Shown here one piece after another: positions 19,750 to 29,249 of a DNA stretch of 64,000 nucleotides. The position numbers were made by a program, and so were the translations under genes. Location of the stretch: assembly GCA_965214865.1 (NCBI GenBank), contig CBDCCN010000004.1, forward strand, positions 3,338,942-3,402,941, given 5' to 3'. Position 1 is the first letter of the stretch. The number at the start of each line of letters is the position of its first letter. Source of the stretch: Vicinamibacterales bacterium. GTDB taxonomy: Bacteria > Acidobacteriota > Vicinamibacteria > Vicinamibacterales > UBA8438. A model generated the notes under the pieces. That model was given only the letters and a program-made list of their open reading frames with translations, had not been told where the DNA came from and made no database searches.

Positions 19750-20724
19750 ATGGTCGGTCCTCACGTCCTGAAGCGTCCGCTGGAGCGCCGCGTCCGGGCG
19801 TTGCTGCGGCACCTGCGTCCGACGACGGAAGGCGCCGTGGAGCCGCTCCACCAGTGCCGCGTGGCGACCCGCCGGCTGCGGGAGCTGCTGCCGTTGTGCA
19901 AAGCGGAGCTGACCGCCCCGGTCGCGTCGCGCGCACGCAAGCGAGTACGGCAGTTGGGCGGATCGCTCGGCGCCGTGCGGGAGCTCGACGTTGCCCTCGG
20001 GTTGATCGACGAGCTGGAACGGGCGGGGCGGGCGCAACCCGCCGCCGCCAGCCGGTTGCGGCGGCGCGTGCGCGAAGAGCGCGAACGGCAGCGCGAGCGG
20101 ATGCGGCTGCGCCTGAAGCAGGCCTGGCTCCGGAAGGTGGCGCGGGACGTGGCCGAGGTGCTCAAGGCGATCGGCATGCGCGACGCGACCGACGCCTGGG
20201 CGCTGGTGCTGGCCGAGCGGCTGAGCGAGCGCGCCGACCGCTTGCGCGACGCGGTCGCCGACGCCGGGCCGATGTACGTCTCCGAACGTGTCCACGAGGT
20301 CCGGATCGCGGCCAAGAAGCTCCGCTACGCCCTTGAACTGGCGGCCGAGACCGGGGAGGCGGACACGTCGGAAGCAGTGGCGTGTCTCAAGAAGATCCAG
20401 GACTCGTTGGGCCGGCTCCACGACATCGAGATCCTCCAGGAGCTGCTGCGCAGCATCGACCTGCTGGCCCATCGCGATGAGCCCTGGGCGGAGGAGCTCG
20501 CCGCGCTGGATCGTGACCTGACCGAGGAATGCCGCCGCCTGCACGGCGTCTTCGTCGCCGGCCAGACAGGGCTGGGCGAGGTCGGCAAGGCGGCCAGGCG
20601 CGTGGCCTCGCGGATGTCCACCGACCACGGTGGCCGCAGAGGGCGGACCCCCGTGCTCGAGATGTCGCTGGAGCGGACTCCGGAAGCGCCGCCCGCGCGG
20701 CCGCTTCCGGCCACGCGCCGGTAA
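19750..20724 (+). CDS. CHAD domain (polyphosphate-binding) protein
   Basis: LHQCRVATRRLRE, LGAVRELDV, VHEVRIAAKKLRYALE, QDSLGRLHD; divergent from ppx with TATACT at 19711. Confidence 0.9.
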   Translation: MVGPHVLKRPLERRVRALLRHLRPTTEGAVEPLHQCRVATRRLRELLPLCKAELTAPVASRARKRVRQLGGSLGAVRELDVALGLIDELERAGRAQPAAASRLRRRVREERERQRERMRLRLKQAWLRKVARDVAEVLKAIGMRDATDAWALVLAERLSERADRLRDAVADAGPMYVSERVHEVRIAAKKLRYALELAAETGEADTSEAVACLKKIQDSLGRLHDIEILQELLRSIDLLAHRDEPWAEELAALDRDLTEECRRLHGVFVAGQTGLGEVGKAARRVASRMSTDHGGRRGRTPVLEMSLERTPEAPPARPLPATRR

Positions 20725-20865
20725 CGTCCCGGGCCGGCGCCCACGCCCGTGCTTGCGGTCCGCCATGACCCGGTTGTCTCTGCTACGCCCTTCGATCGGC
20801 CGACCGGGGCCCGCCGGCTATTGCACGATCTGCAGGCCGCGCTCGACGACGACCGGTTCGCAGCA

Positions 20866-22131
20866 TCACCTGCCCAGCAGCCAGCCGGCCGCCGCGCCGC
20901 CCAGAATCAGCCAGGTAGAGTTGGGCCGCCAGCGGAACAGGACCAGCGCGGCGGCGCCGGCGATCAGCGCCGTCGGCAGGTCGACCACCGCGGCCCGCGC
21001 CAACTGCCAGGTGACCGCCGCCATCAGGCCGAGCGACGCCGCCACCACGCCGTCGAGGCAGCCGCCGAGCGCCCGCGATGCGCGCAGTCGGGGGATGAGC
21101 GGCTGGGTGACCGCGACGAAGAAGAACCCGGGAGCGAAGATCGCGGCGGTGGCGAGCGCTGCGCCGGCCCAGCCCCCGAGCAGGTAGCCGATGAACGTGG
21201 CGGTGGTGAACACCGGCCCCGGCGTGATCTGCCCGACGGTGATGGCGTCGATGAGCTGCTGGTCGGTCAGCCAGCCCCAGCGTTCGACCAGGTCGGCCCG
21301 CAGGAACGCGAGCAGGACGTAGCCGCTGCCGAACAGGACGGAGCCCACCTTCAGGAAGAAGAGGGTCAGCCGGGCGAGGGTGAACGGGACCGCGGCCACG
21401 GCGGCTGCCGCTCCCGTTGCCAAGCTGGCGGTGGATGGGGTCGCGCCGGCGGCGACTGCCGCTCCCGCGGCCGCGCTGGCGGATGTGGTCGCGTCGGCGG
21501 AGGTGACCGCTGCGGCCGCGCCGCGCAGCAGGTTCGCCAGCGCCCCCCGGATCGCCGCCAGCCAGGCGCCGGCTGCCGCGCCGCTTCCTGGTCCGTTCGG
21601 CCGCATGGCTAGTAGCAGTCCGATCGCCCCGCCCGCCGCGAGCACGGCCAGCTCGTTCACGCCGCCGAGGGCCGCCGCCGCCGCGGCGGTCCCGACCGGC
21701 GCGTACGCCCACCGGCTGAGAGCCGCCTGTCCCAGCTTCACGAGCGCCTGCACGACGATGGCGATGACCACCGGCCCGATGCCGTACATCAGCCACCCGA
21801 CCTGCGGCGTCGTGCCGTACCGGGCGTACGCCCCGGCGATGCCGGCGACGATCAGCGCCGCCGGCAGGATGAAGCAGACGCCGGCCAGCGCCAGCCCCGT
21901 CAGGCCCCCGCGCCGATAGCCGAGGTGGATCGCCAGCTCGGTGGAGTTCGGACCGGGAACCAGGTTGGTCGCCGCGACCAGATCGAGGAACTCCCTGTCC
22001 GCCAGCCAGCGCCGCCGGTCGACCACCTCGTCGCGCATCATCGCGATGTGCGCGGCGGGCCCGCCGAACGCGGTGACGCCGAGGCGGAGGAAGAGAGCGG
22101 CGAGTTCCCGGAGCGGCGCAGTGGCGTTCAC
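20866..22131 (-). CDS. chrA: Chromate efflux transporter
   Basis: FLRLGVTAFGGPAAHIAMM, PGPNSTE, FGSGYVL, GQITPGPVFTTATFIGY. Confidence 0.93.
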   Translation of the reverse strand: MNATAPLRELAALFLRLGVTAFGGPAAHIAMMRDEVVDRRRWLADREFLDLVAATNLVPGPNSTELAIHLGYRRGGLTGLALAGVCFILPAALIVAGIAGAYARYGTTPQVGWLMYGIGPVVIAIVVQALVKLGQAALSRWAYAPVGTAAAAAALGGVNELAVLAAGGAIGLLLAMRPNGPGSGAAAGAWLAAIRGALANLLRGAAAAVTSADATTSASAAAGAAVAAGATPSTASLATGAAAAVAAVPFTLARLTLFFLKVGSVLFGSGYVLLAFLRADLVERWGWLTDQQLIDAITVGQITPGPVFTTATFIGYLLGGWAGAALATAAIFAPGFFFVAVTQPLIPRLRASRALGGCLDGVVAASLGLMAAVTWQLARAAVVDLPTALIAGAAALVLFRWRPNSTWLILGGAAAGWLLGR

Positions 22132-22231
22132 GCGGCGGATTCTACTCCCGCCGGATGCCGGCAGCCCGTCGCGCGCCCGCCCGGATCACAGTGTCGCGAC
22201 CGCGTCGGCGCCGGTCGGACGAACGGACGCA

Positions 22232-23575
22232 TCACTCGTAGTCCGCTGCGCTCATCGACACTGCGATGATCTCCTCGTCGTTCCGCGTGTAGACGTGCCG
22301 GTTGGCGTAGGCCGGGTGGACCCAGTTGACGAACCGCAGTTCGCGGCGGTTGCCGGGCGGGGAGGTGGGGGCGATCAGTTCGGTCCGGCCAACCTCGTCG
22401 TAGCCCTCGGGGCTCAGGCGCGCGATGATCAGCTCGCCGCGGTCGTTGTTGATCAGCACGCGGTCGCCGTTGCGCACCATGTAGCCCGATGCCCAGCGGC
22501 GCCGCTCGACCGTCGCCGCCTGCGTTTCCCAGAGGCGCTCGCCGGTCGTGGCGTTCAGGCAGCGGAGCTGGCCGTAACTGCAGATGCCGTAGATGTAGCC
22601 GCCGTCGATGATCGGGGTGGCGAGGACCGCATGCAGGCCGTCGGTGCGGATCTCGCTGTTGCTGCGTCCCTTCCAGGCGACGCGCGCCCCGGGCCGGTCC
22701 TGGTTCAGGGACAGCATCATGGGGCCGTCGTAGAACGTCGTGAAGAAGAGCTGCGTGCCCACCTGCACGGGAACCGCCACGGTCATCGCCCCGCCGACGA
22801 CGTACGGCTGCCGCCAGTAGACTTCGCCGGTGACCGGATCGAGCGACGCCACCTCCTCCGGGTTCCAGACGATGAGCTGGCGCGCGCCGCCCGCCTCGAC
22901 GATGATCGGCTGGGCCACGCCGAGGTCCTCCCCGCTCGACAGGGCGCGCCAGATCTCCTCGCCGGTCAGCTTGTCGAAGGCCACCACGCGCGCGTCGGGC
23001 TGGCCGCCGACGAAGCAGATGAGCCGTTCGCCGTCCACCAGCGGCGCGCTGGCGAAGCCCCAGTCGAAGCCCCACTGCATGCGGTCCACGCCGTAGTCGT
23101 CGCCGTAGCGCTTGCGCCAGAGCAGCTCGCCGGTGTCGACGCGCAGGGCGGAGAGGGTCCCGGTGCGGCCGAGGACGTACACCCGGTCGTCGTCCACCGT
23201 CGGGGTCGCGCCCGGCCCGACCTCCCACTGGACGCCGGCATAGTCGGCCTCCCATTCCCGGACCCACAGCACCTCGCCGGTCGCTTCGTCGAACGCCATC
23301 GCGCGCTCGGTGCCGCGCATGCCGCTGGTCGGCTCCCAGTCGGTGGCGAACACCCGCCCGTCGGCCACCGCCGGTCCCGCGAAGCCCGCCTTGATCGGCA
23401 TCCGCCAGCGCACCTTCAGACCCTCGGCGGGGAACGACTCGAGCAGGCCGGTCTCGCGCCACACGCCCAGGCGGCCCTCGCCGCGGAACTCCGGCCAGTC
23501 GTCGGCGCGGACTTCCGCCGCGCCTCCCGCGAGCACCGCCAGCGCGCCGATCACCGCCGATTTCCACGTCTTCAT
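22232..23575 (-). CDS. Secreted PQQ-binding-like beta-propeller protein
   Basis: Signal peptide, DWPEFRG, repeated TGE..W motifs, C-terminal WVHPAYANRHVYTRN. Confidence 0.88.
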   Translation of the reverse strand: MKTWKSAVIGALAVLAGGAAEVRADDWPEFRGEGRLGVWRETGLLESFPAEGLKVRWRMPIKAGFAGPAVADGRVFATDWEPTSGMRGTERAMAFDEATGEVLWVREWEADYAGVQWEVGPGATPTVDDDRVYVLGRTGTLSALRVDTGELLWRKRYGDDYGVDRMQWGFDWGFASAPLVDGERLICFVGGQPDARVVAFDKLTGEEIWRALSSGEDLGVAQPIIVEAGGARQLIVWNPEEVASLDPVTGEVYWRQPYVVGGAMTVAVPVQVGTQLFFTTFYDGPMMLSLNQDRPGARVAWKGRSNSEIRTDGLHAVLATPIIDGGYIYGICSYGQLRCLNATTGERLWETQAATVERRRWASGYMVRNGDRVLINNDRGELIIARLSPEGYDEVGRTELIAPTSPPGNRRELRFVNWVHPAYANRHVYTRNDEEIIAVSMSAADYE

Positions 23576-23594
23576 GATGCGTTCCCCGCGGCCG

Positions 23595-24545
23595 TCAGCG
23601 GGCCGCCAGTTCGTTGTAGATCGCGTCGACGTTCGCCCGCGCCCGCGCCATGTCGTAGCCGGCGTAACGTTCCGGCAGGTCGAGATTCGCGGCCGCCTCC
23701 TCGACGCTCCGCCCGGCCTCCCGGGAGGCCCGCACGGAGGCGAGGAAGTCGCGGTTGAAGTCGGCGTACTCCGCCAGGTCGTCCCAGGTCATCCAGCCGG
23801 TCCACGCCCGCCGCGCGCCGCGGTCGCGCCGGCCCCGCCCGGCGTAGGTGGTGGGGATCGGGCCGTGGCCGGTGATCACCCGATCGACCCCGTCGATGGC
23901 CGCCACCGCCTTCGCCAGCGTCTCCGGGAACGCGACGCCGCTCCCGCCGTTGGCGGTGTCGATGACCGGCGCCGCCCTGTCCGGGAACAGGTCCCCCAGA
24001 TACGCGGTGCGCTTCTGCGGGAACACGACCACGACATCCCCGTCGGTGTGGGCGGGACCGAAGTGGTACAGCTCGATGCGGTCGAGGTCCTCGAGCAGCC
24101 CGAAGCGGTCGGTGAAGGTGGTCGTCGGCAGGCCGGGGGCGCCGTCGGCGAACAGCTCCATGCGGGCCATGGCGGCGCGGGTGTTCTCGTGCGCGATGAC
24201 TTCGACCACGTCCGGGAACTCGCCGTTGGCGCCGGTGTGATCGGGATCGGCGTGGGTGCTGATGATGGTCGTCACCGGCAGGTCCGTGACCTGGTAGACC
24301 GCGTCGAGCACGGGCTGCCCCCAGCCCGGAAGCTTCGTCCCGACCAGGATGACCCCGCCGTTGATCTCGTCGATCAGGGCCAGCGCGTTCGCGCCGCCGT
24401 CCCCGAGGTGGTACAGCGTGTCGCGGACGTTGAGGGTGTCGATGCGGATGAACCGTTCTTCCTGCGCCTGCGCCAGCCCGCCGCCCGCCGCGAGCGCCAG
24501 CCCGCAGGCGGCGACCAGCGTGAACGTCCCGACCCACCGTTGCAT
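23595..24545 (-). CDS. Secreted MBL-fold hydrolase (cyclase-like)
   Basis: THADPDHTGAN, GPAHTDGD, GDLF, ITGHG; signal peptide; GGAGGG RBS. Confidence 0.85.
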   Translation of the reverse strand: MQRWVGTFTLVAACGLALAAGGGLAQAQEERFIRIDTLNVRDTLYHLGDGGANALALIDEINGGVILVGTKLPGWGQPVLDAVYQVTDLPVTTIISTHADPDHTGANGEFPDVVEVIAHENTRAAMARMELFADGAPGLPTTTFTDRFGLLEDLDRIELYHFGPAHTDGDVVVVFPQKRTAYLGDLFPDRAAPVIDTANGGSGVAFPETLAKAVAAIDGVDRVITGHGPIPTTYAGRGRRDRGARRAWTGWMTWDDLAEYADFNRDFLASVRASREAGRSVEEAAANLDLPERYAGYDMARARANVDAIYNELAAR

Positions 24546-24658
24546 GGGATCCCTCCTCGCTTGCGAGTCCGATCCGGGTGCGCGAACGCGGCGGACACCG
24601 GGATCATAACGCCGGCCCGGTTCTTGACCCGTCGGATCCGACGTGTCCAGGAGTCCGC

Positions 24659-24757
24659 TACGTCCGGAGCGACGTGGAGCGCCGGGAGCTGGAGCTGCTG
24701 ATCGCCGAGATCCAGGGCGTGGTGCGGGTCTCGAACCAGTTGCTGACGTTCAGATAG
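24659..24757 (+). pseudogene. Orphan C-terminal fragment of a BON-domain gene
   Basis: Reads YVRSDVERRELELLIAEIQGVVRVSNQLLTFR* with no upstream start. Confidence 0.5.
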
Positions 24758-24901
24758 CGGCTTGCGCGCGATTCCGTTGAAGGCGGATGCCGAGGCGGGT
24801 CGGTCACGAACAAGGTCCCATTGCATGGACATGCAAAGTGCCGTCGTCGTTGGTGGGGTTGGCAATCGGCGACTCGACCGGGCTCCCGATGCGGGCTGGA
24901 A

Positions 24902-26014
24902 CTATGCGGCGACGACCCGCTCCACGGTCCAGAACAGCCCCACGCCGGCAATGGCGACCGATAGCGGGACCACGACCCGCGGCCGATACCACGGGCGCTT
25001 GCGAACCCCGAGCACCGCGGCGAACGCGGCGGCGATGACCGCGAGCTGCCCGGCCTCGACGCCGACGTTGAAGGTGAGGAGGGCCGTGACGAACTCCGAT
25101 CGGGGCAGCCCGAGTCCGGTCAGGACGCCGGCGAAGCCCATGCCGTGCAGGAGGCCGAAGGCGAAGACGAGCACGACGCGCGACGGCTGCAGCTCGCTCG
25201 TGACGAGGTTCTCCACGGCGACGTAGGCGATCGACAGGGCGATGAGCGGCTCGACCACGGACGGCGGCAGCGCGAAGACGCCGTAGATCGTCAGCGCCAG
25301 GGTCAGCGTGTGCGCCGCTGTGAACGCGGTCACCTGCAGCAGCAGCGGCTTCAGCCGGGTGCTGAGGAGAAACAGGCCGAGGACGAACAGGATGTGGTCG
25401 AGGCCCCGCGGCAGGATGTGGGTGAAGCCGAGGCCGAGATACTGGGTCGCGACCTGCCAGCGGGTGAGCGGCTGCAGCGCGCCGATCTCGAACGCCTCGC
25501 TCACCTGCGCGGCGAGCAGCCAGCGGGTGACCGGCGCGCCGACGGCGGGCGCCACCGTGAGGGGATACTCGTCGACGACCAGGTCATAGCCGAACTGGAA
25601 CGTCCGCGCCCCGGGCGGCGCCGTCCCGGACAGCCGCATCAGGCCGGGCTCGGCGAGCCCCATCGGCGCCGAGCGGTCGCGTTCGAGCGGCGGGAGATAC
25701 GTCACCGTCCGCGGCGCCGCCGGGTTGCCGTCGAACAGCAGCGTGATACCGGTGGCGAACTGTGGAGCGAGCTCGGCGAGACGGGCGTCGCGTGCATCCA
25801 CCGGCGGCAGCTCCGCTGCGCCCGGGTGGAACTGCATCCACAGCCAGTCGGCGTCGTTCAGGACGTCGATCCGGTATTCGCCGTCGGCCGGGAAGCTGAT
25901 CAGGACGTGGGTGTTCTCTATCTCGTGAGCCGCGGCGGGCGGCGCCGCGAGGACGAGCGCGAGCAGGACGGCCGCCCGGCAGCGGCTGCGAACGCGGCTG
26001 GTGCGGCGCGCCAT
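24902..26014 (-). CDS. HupE/UreJ-family membrane protein with periplasmic N-terminal domain
   Basis: AAAHE after signal; GFTHILPRGLDHILF, TAFTAAHTLTL, FGLLHGMGFA, FNVGVEAGQL; start 26014 or 26026. Confidence 0.9.
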   Translation of the reverse strand: MARRTSRVRSRCRAAVLLALVLAAPPAAAHEIENTHVLISFPADGEYRIDVLNDADWLWMQFHPGAAELPPVDARDARLAELAPQFATGITLLFDGNPAAPRTVTYLPPLERDRSAPMGLAEPGLMRLSGTAPPGARTFQFGYDLVVDEYPLTVAPAVGAPVTRWLLAAQVSEAFEIGALQPLTRWQVATQYLGLGFTHILPRGLDHILFVLGLFLLSTRLKPLLLQVTAFTAAHTLTLALTIYGVFALPPSVVEPLIALSIAYVAVENLVTSELQPSRVVLVFAFGLLHGMGFAGVLTGLGLPRSEFVTALLTFNVGVEAGQLAVIAAAFAAVLGVRKRPWYRPRVVVPLSVAIAGVGLFWTVERVVAA

Positions 26015-26032
26015 TGGACGACTCATTCTAGC

Positions 26033-26070
26033 CCGTCGGGTCTGACGATCACCGCGCCTCGGCATATCCG
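26033..26070. repeat. 38-bp direct repeat, copy 1 (copy 2 at 27290-27327)
   Basis: CCGTCGGGTCTGACGATCACCGCGCCTCGGCATATCCG vs CCGTCGGGTCTGACAATCACTTCACCTCAGCATATCCG, 33/38 identical. Confidence 0.85.
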
Positions 26071-26089
26071 TGCAGAGGGATCCGAACGG

Positions 26090-26575
26090 CCTGATGGGGG
26101 CCGCGCTTGTTCGGCACCGAGTGCTTCGGATAGTAGAGCACCATGTCGGTGTTGTAGACGTGGGCCTCCGCGTCTTCGCTGAACCGGTAGCCGTTGCACC
26201 ACTCGCGCATCAGGCCGAGCGTGGTCTCCACGTCCTGGTCGAACGCGCCGAGGCCGCGGCACCTCTCCAGCATGTCCCGCACCTCGGCCTCGGTGAAGCC
26301 GAGCATCTCGTTGTACTCCGGCAGCAGGCTGATGTTCGTGCCGATGTTGAAGCCGCTGGTCACGTCGTCCATGGTAATGGGCGACACCCCGGTGACGCCG
26401 GTCCACGCTGCCGTTCTCGGTGCCCGCCTTCAGCGTGGCGAAGAAGTTGCGGTAGAAGCCCCCGCCGTGCGTGAAGGAATGATATGCTTCCGCCCCCCGC
26501 GGCGCGAGGATGGTGTTGGCGAAGTTGTCATACTCGTCGATCAGGATGTCGAGCGGAACGTTGCGCGCCTGCAGT
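26090..26575 (-). pseudogene. Internal fragment of an AAA-ATPase-like (PD-(D/E)XK nuclease-associated) gene
   Basis: ILIDEYDNFAN...FYRNFFATLK, frameshift, then VTGVSPITMDDVTSGFNI...MLGFTEAEV...WCNGYRF...VYNTDMVLYY; Walker A and nuclease domain absent. Confidence 0.85.
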
Positions 26576-26583
26576 GTACCGTT

Positions 26584-27309
26584 CTACGGCGCAGACCCCT
26601 GCGGGCCGCGGGCGGTCCCGCGGAGCACGACGCGTGGCGCAGCGTCATGCGCGGCCTGGAGATCGCGGTCCGAGGCGTACGACCGCGCCGTCAGCCGGCG
26701 GGCCGGCGCCGTCAGCTCGACGATCCGGCCCGCGAACGGATCCGGCCGCACGTGCAGCGTCGTCCCGTCGCGCGTGACGGCGTAGCCCTCGCGGTGGAAC
26801 GTTCCCGACCACCCGCAGCAGAAGATCAGCGAGAGCAGATCGCCGAGAAAGACGAAGCGGTAGTCCGCCAGCAATACGTCGAGATCGTCGTCGTAGGCGC
26901 CGCCCCGGAGAATCCGGTCCCGCTCCGCCGCCAGGGCGGTGAAGAAGCGCTTCCAGCCGGGTGTCGAATGCCGCTCCAGCACGGTGAGCGCATGCTGCGC
27001 CACCAGCGCCGCGGCGGCCGGATCGACCGGCTCGAGCCGGCGCATCCCGCGCGGCCAGATGCCTTGTTTCGTCGCGTCCGGGGCGGTCATGAAGTGATGC
27101 GGGCGCCCGGTGGCCGCGTCGACCGCGGGCCGGTCGTCCACCGCGAGCCAGCCGTTGTCGTGCTCGCGGGTCGCAAGGAGCACCGTCTCGCGCGTACGGC
27201 GTCCCGGAAGGCCGTCGCTGCGCCACGCCGCCATGATGCGTCCGGAGAGGGCCGCGTGATCCGGCTGGGTGACGAGCAGCAGATCGTCGCCGTCGGGTCT
27301 GACAATCAC
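26584..27309 (-). CDS. DUF3891 family protein
   Basis: MIVRPDGDDLLLVTQPDHAALSG..AAW, EHDNGW, DLLSL..C. Confidence 0.85.
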   Translation of the reverse strand: MIVRPDGDDLLLVTQPDHAALSGRIMAAWRSDGLPGRRTRETVLLATREHDNGWLAVDDRPAVDAATGRPHHFMTAPDATKQGIWPRGMRRLEPVDPAAAALVAQHALTVLERHSTPGWKRFFTALAAERDRILRGGAYDDDLDVLLADYRFVFLGDLLSLIFCCGWSGTFHREGYAVTRDGTTLHVRPDPFAGRIVELTAPARRLTARSYASDRDLQAAHDAAPRVVLRGTARGPQGSAP

Positions 27310-27327
27310 TTCACCTCAGCATATCCG
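27290..27327. repeat. 38-bp direct repeat, copy 2 (covers -10 box and start of the DUF3891 gene)
   Basis: See copy 1; minus strand TATGCT-8 nt-GTG27309. Confidence 0.85.
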
Positions 27328-27418
27328 CGTATCATGGATGCATGGGCCGGCCCGGACGGCAGCGGCCGGCGCCTGCCCGTTCCCTGTGGCGCATGACACG
27401 ACGAATCGGAGGTTCCAG

Positions 27419-28498
27419 ATGAAGCTCGCTCGCATCCTGGCTCTGACGTTGGCGCTCGCGTTCGCGGCCGCCACCGCCGCCGCGCAGGCCCCGCCCCTGC
27501 CGGACGTCGACCGGTTCGGCCCGCGGGTGGGCGAGACCGCACCGTCCTTCTCGCTTGTCGACCAGCACGGCGCGGCGCACGACCTGCAGTCGCTGATGGG
27601 ACCGGACGGCCTGATGCTCGTCTTCAGCCGCTCGGCCGACTGGTGACCGTACTGCAAGACGCAGCTCGTGGAGCTGCAGAGCCGGTACACGGACCTCCGG
27701 GATCGCGGCCTCGGCCTCGCCGTCATCACCTACGACCCGACCACCACCCTCGCCGGCTTCGCCGCCGCGCGCGGGATCGATTTTCCGCTCCTTTCCGACG
27801 AAGGCTCCGCGACCATCCGCGAGTACGGCCTCCTGAACGAGGAGATGGACCCGGCGCGGGCGCCGGAGGAGCGGCGCGCGCTGATGCAACGGCTGTACGG
27901 GATCCCGTACCCGGGAACCTTCATGCTCGATCCGGCCGGCCGCGTGACCGCCCGCTTCTTCGAGGCGGCCTATCAGGAGCGCTCCACGGTCGCCAGTATC
28001 GCCGTCCGGCTCGGGGACGCGGCGGCGGGCGCGGATCGGGCCGGGGTGCGTGTCGAGACCGATCACCTGGAGGCTCTGGCCTGGGTGACCGACGAGGGGG
28101 TCGCACCCGGCAACCGCCTGTCGCTCGTGGTCGACGTGACGCCGAAGGCCGACATGCACGTCTACGCGCCGGGGGATCATGCCTACCGCGTCATTCGTCT
28201 GCGCACGACCGCGCCCGACTTCCTGCAAAGTCACGAGGTGACCTATCCGCCGTCCGGGCTGTACCACTTCGAGCCGCTCGACGAGACGGTGCAGGTCTAC
28301 GAGGAACCGTTCCGACTGGTGCAGGACGTCACGATCCCGATGCGGCAGGACATCGCCGAGGCGGCGTCCGAGCCGGACGCCACGGTGCGCGTCGAGGCGG
28401 TGCTGGAGTACCAGGCCTGCGACCACGCGGTGTGCTATCTGCCGCAGGCGGTCCCGCTGGTCTGGGATTTGTCTTGGCGCCCGCTGATCCGCGACTGA
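27419..28498 (+). CDS. Selenoprotein: secreted AhpC/TSA-like redoxin (UxxC) fused to a DsbD N-terminal-like domain; in-frame TGA at 27644-27646 read as Sec
   Basis: GGAGG RBS + ATG27419; signal peptide; GP.VGE.APSFSL.DQ.G...FSRSADW-TGA-PYCKTQL continues in frame; C-terminal YQACDHAVCYLP; SECIS-like hairpin directly downstream. Confidence 0.88.
27647..27692 (+). promoter_or_regulatory. Bacterial SECIS-like stem-loop
   Basis: Perfect stem GCAGCTC(27661-67)/GAGCTGC(27671-77) with GTG loop 21 nt after the UGA; lower stem GTACTG/CGGTAC. Confidence 0.75.
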
Positions 28499-28592
28499 CG
28501 GGCGTACAAGGCGAAGGTCGGCGGCGAATGCGGGCGCGAACCGCAACCGAACGTGTCGTGGCGGCGCGTCGTCTGCGGGTGCGGGCGCATCG

Positions 28593-28637
28593 ACGCCGTG
28601 CGTCGCGACGATGCCCGCCGGACGCGACGCACGGCGT
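28593..28637. repeat. 15-bp perfect inverted repeat downstream of the selenoprotein gene
   Basis: ACGCCGTGCGTCGCG (28593-28607) / CGCGACGCACGGCGT (28623-28637). Confidence 0.7.
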
Positions 28638-29249
28638 ATGAGTCCCTGAACCGCCTGCTGGCCGACCGTGCGTCCGGCGCCCTGTTCGATGGTGACGACC
28701 ACGGTGTTTCCGCTGCGCAAGTCCTGATGTTCCCCGGCGCCAGGCGGGAGCGCGGGCCGGAGTACGGTCCCGTAACCCAGCCTCGACGTTGCAGGGATTC
28801 GTGATCGTCGTCGGTGGCGAACGGGGTCCGGTCCCCGTGCACTTGCAAGAGCTCGAGACTGACGAAGCGGCGGGCCCTCACCACGAGACCGACAGAGCGG
28901 CGCCGCTCCTCAACGGCGCCACAGCCACCCGCGGCGAGCGGCGGTAGATCTCCCTCACTGCCCTGAACTCGGCATCGATGGTCCCGCCGATCCAGGTCCC
29001 CGGTAGGCCGTTCAGGCCCGAGACCGCCGACATGCGGAACGCCTGCTGTCCCGCAGACGGCAACTCTCCCTCGAGTCTGATGAACACCACGCCGATGCCC
29101 CACAGGGCGCCGGCGCCGGTCGCGACCCCGTGAGGTAGCCGGCCCGGGTCGATGCCGCAGGATGAACGAGGCGGACGGTCAGTCGAGCAGACGGACCGCT
29201 CAGGTGGATTCGGATTCGATGGTTTACAACGGCCTGTGCCGGAACAGCG

